64,000 bases of DNA from positions 448,001-512,000 of the forward strand of contig CAXXWS020000003.1 in assembly GCA_963665325.3 (NCBI GenBank), read 5' to 3'. The stretch's first letter is position 1. Every line of letters begins with the position of its first letter. The notes under the pieces were generated by a model. It was given only the letters and a program-made list of their open reading frames with translations. It ran no database searches and was not told where the DNA came from. A program made the translations under genes and the position numbers. This stretch comes from Alphaproteobacteria bacterium (GTDB lineage: Bacteria > Pseudomonadota > Alphaproteobacteria > Bin95). Below are positions 56,519-64,000 of this stretch, piece by piece.

Positions 56519-56923
56519 ATGATCCAGCGCATCGACCTCGGCCGCGATCTCGACGATCTGGTCCGGCTGAAAGGCCGCGGCCCTCACACCACCGAGAAGG
56601 AGGCTCAGGCGTCCTTCAGGAAGCTCGCCGATTTTCGCGACGGCGGTCTTTTCGCCGCGAATTTCAGCGGTTGCAGCGGTTGGGAACGGCACCTAAAGGG
56701 CGACGAGATCGTCCAGATCCTCGAGGGCTCGACCCGTTTCGACATCATCGTCGACGACAAGATCGAGACGTACGAGCTCAGCGTCGGGGCGCTTGTGGTC
56801 GTGCCGCAGGGCTGCTGGCACAGATTCACGTCGGAAGACGGTGTCAAGGTGATGACCGCAACCCCGCAGCCGACCCAGCACCTGCACGTCGACGATCCGA
56901 GGACCGTGTCGGAGGCGGGCTGA
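56519..56923 (+). CDS. Cupin-domain protein
   Basis: WERH..GDE and VVPQGCWHR motifs. Confidence 0.85.
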   Translation: MIQRIDLGRDLDDLVRLKGRGPHTTEKEAQASFRKLADFRDGGLFAANFSGCSGWERHLKGDEIVQILEGSTRFDIIVDDKIETYELSVGALVVVPQGCWHRFTSEDGVKVMTATPQPTQHLHVDDPRTVSEAG

Positions 56924-56987
56924 CGGCACTGCCGCCTCCGGCGACGGTCGTATCGCGGCGCCCTGCAGAATCTTCCCACTCTGCGAT

Positions 56988-57011
56988 TGACTTGCAATTG
57001 CACATAAGTCA
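56988..57011. promoter_or_regulatory. Palindromic operator-like site upstream of bfd
   Basis: TGACTT-gcaattgcacat-AAGTCA; candidate iron-regulator site (inferred from context). Confidence 0.45.
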
Positions 57012-57041
57012 GGCTCCCCGGAGTCAACCGGGGGCGGCGGC

Positions 57042-57260
57042 ATGTATGTCTGCATCTGCAATGCCTATCGCGACGCCGAGATCCGCGAGGCGGCGCGCAC
57101 CGGCCTGCGTTGCGCATACAAGGCCTATGCAGCGCTCGGCGGCGGTCCGCGGTGCGGGCGCTGCCTGCCGACCGCCCAGGAACTGATCGACCGGGAGCAT
57201 GACGCGCCCGCAGCCCTTGCGGTCCCCGCCGCGGAGCCGCCCGGCGCGCGGGCCGGCTGA
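57042..57260 (+). CDS. bfd: Bacterioferritin-associated ferredoxin
   Basis: MYVCICN...CGRC 2Fe-2S motif. Confidence 0.88.
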   Translation: MYVCICNAYRDAEIREAARTGLRCAYKAYAALGGGPRCGRCLPTAQELIDREHDAPAALAVPAAEPPGARAG

Positions 57261-57284
57261 CCGGCCGCCGTCCGGACCCGCTTC

Positions 57285-57764
57285 TCAGTCGTCGGCCGGT
57301 TTGCTCTGGAGCTGGACGTAATTTTCCATCCCCATCCGGGCGATGAGTTCGCCCTGGGTCTCAAGCCAGTCCACATGCGCTTCCTCGCCTTCGAGGATTT
57401 CGCGCAGCAGGTTGCGGGTCACATAGTCGGAAACGTCTTCGCAATGGGCAATGCCGTCGCGGAGCGCGGGGATGGCCTCGTGCTCCAGCGCAAGGTCGGC
57501 GTCGAGGATTTCCTGCACCGTCTCGCCGATGCGCAGCCCGCCGATGTCCTGAAGGTTCGGCAGCCCTTCGAGGAACAGGATGCGCTCGACGAGCGCGTCG
57601 GCGTGGCGCATCTCATCGACCGATTCCTCATATTCATGTTTGGCCAGCCTTGCGATTCCCCAGTTCTTCAGCATCCGGGAATGAAGGAAATACTGGTTGA
57701 TGGCTGTCAGCTCGTTCTTCAGCACATCGTTGAGTATTGCGATGACCTTCTTGTCGCCCTTCAT
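57285..57764 (-). CDS. bfr: Bacterioferritin
   Basis: [21 protein letters not shown] (heme Met) and EEAHVDWLE motifs. Confidence 0.96.
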   Translation of the reverse strand: MKGDKKVIAILNDVLKNELTAINQYFLHSRMLKNWGIARLAKHEYEESVDEMRHADALVERILFLEGLPNLQDIGGLRIGETVQEILDADLALEHEAIPALRDGIAHCEDVSDYVTRNLLREILEGEEAHVDWLETQGELIARMGMENYVQLQSKPADD

Positions 57765-57927
57765 TTATCTCTCCAATCGCTTGTGTACAAGCGTGTCCCT
57801 GAGGATTCCCGAAGGATTATATTGTCCAGGAATCCAGGAAAACAAGGGATAAAATTCAACTAAATCCGCGTGTTATTTGCGAAGAAATATCGTTTTCATT
57901 CGCAAATACTCCTGCGAGAGCTTCGCA

Positions 57928-58974
57928 TTATCCGAGCGCGGGCATGACCTCCTCGGCGATGCGCTGTACGCTGGCGGCGGCCTGTTCCTCGGTCAGCCCG
58001 TTGCCGGCATTGGTCTCGACCATGATGCCGTCGATATCGAGTATTCCGCGCCAGCGGCCGAGCGTCTCCACCAGCTGCGCGGAGGAACCGACGGCGACAT
58101 AATGGGCCTGGATGTCGTCCCAGGTAAGCGCGGAAAGCCGGGCCGCGGTCGCCGACGCGCCGCCCCTGCCGATGCCCTTCTTGGCCCCCTGGCTCGCCAC
58201 CAGCCGCGCCTGGCGCTCGAAATAGTGGACGAGCGTCGCCCGCGCCTCCGCGACCGCGGACTCCGGCGTCGCGCCCGCATAGACCGGCACGCGCAGATGC
58301 ACCGTCGGCCGGCCTGGATGGCCCGCCGCCGCCCAGGTCTCGCGATAGACGCGGATATTGGCGGCGAGCGGCTCCAGCCCGTCGCCGCGCAGCCCGACGA
58401 ACAGCGGCAGGCCGAGCTCGCCCACCTTGGCGAAGGTGGCCGGCGAGGTCGCTGCCATGAACATTGGCGGGTGCGGCTTCTGGTGGACGGGCGGCATCAG
58501 CACGGAATCGCGCACCCGGTAATAGCGGCCCTCATAGGAGAACCGCCCGCCGGCGAAGACGCCGCGCAGCACCTCCAGCGCCTCGTCGAAGCGCGCCTCG
58601 CTCTCTCCATAGTCGATGTCGTAGCCGCGATATTGCGCGATGAAGCCGCTGCGCCCGATGCCGAAATCGAAGCGCCCGCCGCTGATCTGGTCCACCGTTG
58701 CCACCTCTTCCGCGATGCGCAGCGGATGGGCGAGGGGCAGCACATAGACCGCCATGCCGATCCGGAGCCGCTTCGTGCGCGCGGCGAGCGCGGCCGCCAC
58801 GGCAATGGGCGAGGAAAGCACCGAACGGTCCGGCATGAAGTGGAACTCCGCCAGCCAGACCGAGTGCATGCCGAGGCGCTCGGCGAGATCGGCCAGCGCG
58901 AAGCCCTCGCGGAATATGTCGTCCGGCGCCCGCCCGTTGCGAACCCCGAATTCGAGGAACAGCCCGAATTCCAT
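57928..58974 (-). CDS. Luciferase-like flavin monooxygenase
   Basis: WLAEFHF; HPLRIAEEVATVDQISGGR. Confidence 0.9.
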   Translation of the reverse strand: MEFGLFLEFGVRNGRAPDDIFREGFALADLAERLGMHSVWLAEFHFMPDRSVLSSPIAVAAALAARTKRLRIGMAVYVLPLAHPLRIAEEVATVDQISGGRFDFGIGRSGFIAQYRGYDIDYGESEARFDEALEVLRGVFAGGRFSYEGRYYRVRDSVLMPPVHQKPHPPMFMAATSPATFAKVGELGLPLFVGLRGDGLEPLAANIRVYRETWAAAGHPGRPTVHLRVPVYAGATPESAVAEARATLVHYFERQARLVASQGAKKGIGRGGASATAARLSALTWDDIQAHYVAVGSSAQLVETLGRWRGILDIDGIMVETNAGNGLTEEQAAASVQRIAEEVMPALG

Positions 58975-58980
58975 GACCCC

Positions 58981-60111
58981 TCAGCCTTCCAGGAAGGCGG
59001 CGCTGCGGGTGCGGAGCACGGCCCCGGCGTCTGCGACGAGACCGGCCATGATCTCCGCGGCCGGGCGCACGGCGCGGATCATGCCGATGCCCTGGCCGGC
59101 GAAGCCCGGGTTTACATCCGCGCGGCCGGCCAGATTGGCGGCGACCATGACGGGGCGCGAGATGCGGCCCTGGTGCGGCATGGGCAGCGGCTCGCGCTCC
59201 GCATCGTTTGCCCAGAGCTCGGTCCAGCGCGAGCGGATGATGCGGGCGGGCTTGCCGGTGACGGAACGGGAAACTGTCGTGCCTTCCTCGGTCGCATCGA
59301 CGATGGCCTGCTTCTGGCCGGGCTCGATGCCGGACTCGGCCGAGGCGAGAAAGGCGGAGCCGACCCAGGCGCCGTCTGCGCCCAGCATCATTGCCGCTGC
59401 CACGCCGCGCCCGTCGGAAATGCCGCCGGCCCCGATCACCGGCACCCGGCCTTCCACCGCATCGACGACCTGTGGGATCAGCGCCATGGTGCCGATGGGC
59501 GAGTTGTGCCCGCCGCCGTCATGGCCCTGGGCGACGAGCGCATCGAGCCCGACCGGCAGCAATTGCCTCGCGTGGCGCACCGTGCCTATCACGGCCAGCA
59601 CCTTGGTGCCCCGGTCGCGCAGCCGGTCGAGCCAGGCGGCCGGACTGCCGAGCCCGGAGGCATAGACCGGCACTCCTTCCTCGATCACCACTTCCATCTG
59701 CGCCTCGAAGAACTCCCTCGACAGCAGCGGCGGCCCGTCCTGCTGCGGCCAGATCGCCTCTTCGGGGGCTTCGGGAATGCCCTGTTCCGCCAGGAAGCTG
59801 CGCGCAAAGTCGCGGTATTCGGGCACCAGGTCCTCCGGCGACGGGCCGTTGGCGGGCCAACCCTTCTGCGCGCCCCGCCTGACGGAGGCCGGCAGCAGCG
59901 TATCGACGCCGAAGGGCTTGTCCGTCAGGTCGCGGCAGCGCGCAATCCACTCCCGCAACTGGCCGGGCCCGAGCGAGGCCGCGCCCATGATGCCGAGGCC
60001 GCCCGCATTGGACACCGCGGCGGCAAGTTCCGGCGTGCTCGCCCCGCCCATGCCCGCGAGCAGGATCGGGTGTTCGATTCCGAACAGCTCGCAAATCGGC
60101 GATTTCAGCAT
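58981..60111 (-). CDS. Nitronate monooxygenase/FabK-family flavoprotein
   Basis: AGMGG, AAVSNAGGLG, QGHDGGGH and AGGISDGRG motifs. Confidence 0.9.
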   Translation of the reverse strand: MLKSPICELFGIEHPILLAGMGGASTPELAAAVSNAGGLGIMGAASLGPGQLREWIARCRDLTDKPFGVDTLLPASVRRGAQKGWPANGPSPEDLVPEYRDFARSFLAEQGIPEAPEEAIWPQQDGPPLLSREFFEAQMEVVIEEGVPVYASGLGSPAAWLDRLRDRGTKVLAVIGTVRHARQLLPVGLDALVAQGHDGGGHNSPIGTMALIPQVVDAVEGRVPVIGAGGISDGRGVAAAMMLGADGAWVGSAFLASAESGIEPGQKQAIVDATEEGTTVSRSVTGKPARIIRSRWTELWANDAEREPLPMPHQGRISRPVMVAANLAGRADVNPGFAGQGIGMIRAVRPAAEIMAGLVADAGAVLRTRSAAFLEG

Positions 60112-61787
60112 GCGGCGGCCTCTCCCGGTGTTTCGATACGTTCCTGCGCGTCGCCGCGCTGTCCAATACGTTCCTGCGCGTCGCCGCGCTGTCCGACACG
60201 TTTCTGCGCGTCGGCGCGCAGCTCGACCTTGCGGATCTTGCCCGACGCGGTCATCGGGAATTCGTCGATGAAGAAGACGTGCGCCGGAACCTTGAAGCTC
60301 GCAACCTTGCCCCGGCACCAGGCGATCACGGCCTCGGCGTCGAGCCGGCTGTCCGGCTCGCGCTCCACATAGGCGGCTGCAACCTCCGCCAGCCGCGCGT
60401 CCGGGGCGCCGACAACGGCGGTCTGGCGGATTTCCGGGTGGTCGAGCAGCAGCCCCTCGACCTCCATCGGATCGACATTCTCGCCGCCGACCTTGAGCAT
60501 GTCCTTGTAGCGCCCGAGGAAGCGCATGTAGCCGTCCTCGCGCCACACGCCCATATCGCCCGTGCGGAACCAGCCGTCCTCCGCATAGCTCTCGGCGGTC
60601 TCGGCGGGCTTCTTGTAGTAGCCCAGCATCAGGCTGAAGCCGCGCACCTGCAGCTCGCCCTCGGTGCCGGGCGGGCAGGGGGCGCCCGTCTCGGGATCGA
60701 CGATGCGCATCTCGTAGCCGGGCGCGGGATAGCCGGAGGTCTCGGTGCGGTGCTCGAGGTCGTCATCGACGGAGCAGACCGAGACGCCGAGCCAGACTTC
60801 CGTCATGCCGAAGCCGGAGACGGCGCGCATCGGCTTCAGCACTTCCGCGCCGCGCAGGCCGACGGGCGTTGCGCTCTTCATGCCGGCGGCGAACAGCCCG
60901 GTGCGCAGGCTGGAGAGGTCGCGCGGGCGGGCCTCCTGCGCCTCGCAAAGCCCCTGCATATGGGCCTCGAACCCGTGCATCACGGTCACGCCCTCGGCCT
61001 CGACCAGGTCCAGGCACTCGTCCGGGTCGAAGGTTGCGGTCAGGATTTGGCCGGTGCCGAACAGCGGCGACATCAGCGCGCCCTCGGAATAGCCGAAGGC
61101 GTGGAACAGCGGCAGGTAGTTCAGGATGGTGTCCCGGACCGTCAGGCCCATCTTGAAGCCGCGTTCCTCATTGTTGCGGATGAGCTTGTGGGTGTGCATC
61201 GCCCCCTTGGGGAAGCCGGTGGTGCCGGAGGTGTACATGATGAACGCCACCGCATCGGGATCGACCTCGGCCGCGCGCCGCGCGACTTCCTCCTCCGGCA
61301 CGGCGCGGCCCGCCTCCAGCGCCCGGCGCCAGTCCGCGAAGCCCTCATGCGCCCGCCCCTCGGCGACCAGCACGATCTCCCGCAGCTCCGGGAACTCCGC
61401 CCGGTCGAGCCCGCGCAGCATGGCGAGGTAATCGACCGGCCCGGAAACGTTGTGCGCCACAAGCATGACGCTGTCCGACTGCTTCAGCACATAGGCGAGG
61501 TCGCGGGGGCGGAAGCGCGTGTTCACCGGCACGGTGACCGCGCCTATCTTCGCCAGCGCGAAGTGGACGAACACCCATTCGTCGCAATTGGTGAGCCAGA
61601 GCGCGACATGCTCGCCCGGGCCGACGCCGAGCCCGATCAGCGCGCGCGCCGCCTCGTCCACCCTGGCGGCGGCTTCGGCGAAGGTGTAGCGCCGGTCCAT
61701 GTAAACCAGCGCCTCCCGGTCCGGCCAGCGCGCCGCCGCCTCATCGTACAGATCGCCGAAGCGGCGTTTCGGATACCAGTGCTCCAT
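60105..61787 (-). CDS. Acyl-CoA synthetase (AMP-binding)
   Basis: YTSGTTGFPKG, GFGMTE, WFRTGD, GRYKDM and TASGKIRK motifs. Confidence 0.92.
   Translation of the reverse strand: MEHWYPKRRFGDLYDEAAARWPDREALVYMDRRYTFAEAAARVDEAARALIGLGVGPGEHVALWLTNCDEWVFVHFALAKIGAVTVPVNTRFRPRDLAYVLKQSDSVMLVAHNVSGPVDYLAMLRGLDRAEFPELREIVLVAEGRAHEGFADWRRALEAGRAVPEEEVARRAAEVDPDAVAFIMYTSGTTGFPKGAMHTHKLIRNNEERGFKMGLTVRDTILNYLPLFHAFGYSEGALMSPLFGTGQILTATFDPDECLDLVEAEGVTVMHGFEAHMQGLCEAQEARPRDLSSLRTGLFAAGMKSATPVGLRGAEVLKPMRAVSGFGMTEVWLGVSVCSVDDDLEHRTETSGYPAPGYEMRIVDPETGAPCPPGTEGELQVRGFSLMLGYYKKPAETAESYAEDGWFRTGDMGVWREDGYMRFLGRYKDMLKVGGENVDPMEVEGLLLDHPEIRQTAVVGAPDARLAEVAAAYVEREPDSRLDAEAVIAWCRGKVASFKVPAHVFFIDEFPMTASGKIRKVELRADAQKRVGQRGDAQERIGQRGDAQERIETPGEAAAC
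60136..60221. repeat. 30-bp tandem repeat (~3 units) at the 3' end of the acyl-CoA synthetase
   Basis: ATACGTTCCTGCGCGTCGCCGCGCTGTCC repeated; encodes RGDAQERIGQ. Confidence 0.9.
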
Positions 61788-61814
61788 GCCCGCTGTTCCC
61801 CCGCTCCCGCAGAG

Positions 61815-62160
61815 TGTCACGATATGTCATGATATGTCATGTTTTGTCATGTTCCGCCGTTGCGGCGGCCTTTCCTCCAGCGCGTTTCGTTGCCTCGGCG
61901 TTCCCGCCCGCCGGGCCGGGAGCGCGGACCCTAGTTTCGCGCGTATCGCGCGGGCGGGCGGGCGCCCGACACGCGCCGGCGCGGTTCGCGCTCCTGATTG
62001 CGCGCACACGCGAGCCGGGCGCCGGACGCACCTCGCCTGTCCGTTCCATCGGGGTTTTTTTCGCGCCGGCGCGAAACGGAACGGCGCCGCGGACGCCGCT
62101 TCCTCCTGGCCCCATTCTAGCACAATTTCCCGGAGGTCAAGCCTCATTCCGGAATTATTT
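61815..62160. repeat. Structured intergenic element, copy B (homologous to 1603-2085)
   Basis: TGTCA(C/T)G at 61815, 61825, 61835 and 61845; shared blocks GCGCCGGCGCGGTTCGCGC-CCTGATTGCGC, CGCGAGCCGGG, CCTGTCCGTTCC, GTCAA and GGAATTA. Confidence 0.85.
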
Positions 62161-62210
62161 CGTGTATTGCGAACAAATCCGGGCATGACGGGAAACGGCC
62201 CCGCCCTCCG

Positions 62211-64000
62211 TCAGGCCTGCAGTTCCGGCCGGTTCCGGAAGAGGTCGAGCGCACCGGGGTTCTCCAGCGCCTCGACATTGGCGACAGGCCGCCCGTGCAC
62301 GGCGTCGCGCACCGCAAGCTCGACGATCTTGCCCGACCGCGTGCGCGGAATGTCGGCGACCTCCGCGATCACCGCCGGCACATGGCGCGGCGAGGCGTGC
62401 TCGCGGATGCGCCGGCGGATGCGGTCCCGGAGCCCGTCGTCGAGCGCCGCGCCGTCCGCAAGCCGCACGAACAGCACGATGCGCGTGTCCCCGTCCCATT
62501 CCTGGCCGATCGCCAGCGCCTCCTCCACCTCGCCCATCGACTCGGCCTCGCGGTAGATCTCCGCCGTGCCGATGCGCACCCCGCCCGGATTGAGCGTGGC
62601 GTCGGAGCGCCCGTAAATCACCATGCCGCCCGTCTCCGACGAGATCGAGGCGAAGTCGCCCTGGCACCAGATATCGGCGTAACGCGCGAAATAGGCCTCG
62701 CGGTAGCGCGCGCCGTCCGGGTCGTTCCAGAACATGACCGGCATGGAAGGGAAGGGCCGGGCGCAGACCAGCTCGCCCTTCTCGTCCAGCACGTCGCGCC
62801 CCGCGCCGTCGAACACGCGCACATCCATGCCGAGCTGCGGGGCCTGGATTTCGCCCCGGTGGACGGCGCCCAGCGGGTTGGCGCCGACGAAGCAGCCGCA
62901 AAGGTCGGTGCCGCCCGACATGGAGCCTAGAGCCAGGTCCGCCTTCACCCTGGCGTAGATATAGTCGTAGCTCTCCGGCGCGAGCGGCGAACCCGTTGTG
63001 AGGATCGTGCGCAGCCCGGCAAGCCGCCGCCCGTCCGCCGGCTCCACGCCCGCCTTGCGGACCGCGTCCACATATTTCGCCGACAGGCCGAGATGGGTGA
63101 TGCCCTCCTCCTCCGCGAAGTCCCAGAGCGCGTCCGGCCCGGGATGGAATGGCGAGCCGTCGTAGAGCATCAGCGCCGCGCCGAAGGCGAGGCCGCCCAG
63201 CAGCCAGTTCCACATCATCCAGCCGAGCGTGGTGAAGTAGAACACGCGGTCGCCGTCGCGGATATCGGCGTGCAGGCGGTGCTCCTTCAGGTTCATCGTC
63301 AGCGCGCCGCCCTGGCCGTGGACGATGCATTTCGGCTTCCCCGTCGTGCCCGAGGAATAGAGGATGAAGAGCGGGCGCTCGAAGGCCCCGCGGTTCCAGG
63401 CGATCGGGCCCGGCGCGAAGCCGCCCGCGAATTCCTCCAGCGACACTGCCTTCGGAACGGAGGAAATACCCGGTTTTTCAGCAAGATAGGGGATGACGAC
63501 GACCCGCTCGACCGTCGGCAGGCCGGCCGCGACCTCGGCCAGCTTCGCGCGTATGTCGTGGTCGCGCCCGGCATATTTGTAGCCGTCCACCGCGAACAGG
63601 ATGCGCGGCCCGATCTGGCCGAAGCGGTCGAGCACGCCCTCCGCGCCGAAATCGGGCGAGCAGGAGGAGAACGCCGCGCCCAGCGCCGCCGCCGCCGCCA
63701 TGACCGCCACCGATTCCGGCATGTTCGGCAGGAAGGCCGCCACCCGGTCGCCTTCGCCGATACCCGCCGCCGCCAGCGCCTGCGCGACGCGGGAGGTCTC
63801 CCCGTGGAGCCGGTCCCGCGACCAGGTGCGCCGCAGCCCGTCCTCGCGCCGGAAGACGATCGCCGCGGCCCCGCCGCGAAGCCGCAACAGGTTCTCGGCA
63901 TAGTTGAGCCGTGCGCGGGGAAAGAAGCGCGCCCCCGGCATCCGGTCCCCGTCCTCGATGAAGGGAGCGGTGCCCTTTTCGCCGACGATGCCGGCATCGT
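62211..64000 (-). CDS. Acetoacetate--CoA ligase (5' end outside the window)
   Basis: [33 protein letters not shown] and [20 protein letters not shown] motifs. Confidence 0.93.
   Translation of the reverse strand, partial: DAGIVGEKGTAPFIEDGDRMPGARFFPRARLNYAENLLRLRGGAAAIVFRREDGLRRTWSRDRLHGETSRVAQALAAAGIGEGDRVAAFLPNMPESVAVMAAAAALGAAFSSCSPDFGAEGVLDRFGQIGPRILFAVDGYKYAGRDHDIRAKLAEVAAGLPTVERVVVIPYLAEKPGISSVPKAVSLEEFAGGFAPGPIAWNRGAFERPLFILYSSGTTGKPKCIVHGQGGALTMNLKEHRLHADIRDGDRVFYFTTLGWMMWNWLLGGLAFGAALMLYDGSPFHPGPDALWDFAEEEGITHLGLSAKYVDAVRKAGVEPADGRRLAGLRTILTTGSPLAPESYDYIYARVKADLALGSMSGGTDLCGCFVGANPLGAVHRGEIQAPQLGMDVRVFDGAGRDVLDEKGELVCARPFPSMPVMFWNDPDGARYREAYFARYADIWCQGDFASISSETGGMVIYGRSDATLNPGGVRIGTAEIYREAESMGEVEEALAIGQEWDGDTRIVLFVRLADGAALDDGLRDRIRRRIREHASPRHVPAVIAEVADIPRTRSGKIVELAVRDAVHGRPVANVEALENPGALDLFRNRPELQA

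Overview
High-GC alphaproteobacterial chromosome segment, probably Rhodospirillales-like (inferred from gene content and synteny). It is likely origin-proximal: an mnmG-rsmG-parA-parB operon with two parS palindromes, plus mipZ. Most of the window is housekeeping or catabolic: lpxD, ispE, ETF-QO, udg, lytic transglycosylase, moaB, cobT/cobS, a TAXI-TRAP transporter, mlaA/mlaC, metF, dapB, gtdA, amt, pdxH, maeB, a sulfite oxidase, two TauD paralogs, bfr/bfd, acyl-CoA ligases and tRNA-Gly(CCC). Accessory elements are a vapBC plus hicBA toxin-antitoxin cluster, an intact IS5-family element and two low-GC gene islets (a trypsin-like protease; a ParA/MinD-TM-PPC fusion with a small membrane partner). 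The most unusual items are (i) a ~350-450 bp structured intergenic element present twice, 60 kb apart, with 10-bp-phased TGTCATG repeats at one end and a promoter-like motif at the other; (ii) a 1306-aa MotB/OmpA-type protein with a ~1100-aa repeat-expanded coiled coil and no adjacent MotA; (iii) the ParA-TM-PPC islet, which shows a C-rich to G-rich strand-skew switch. All calls come from reading motifs by eye; no database searches were run.
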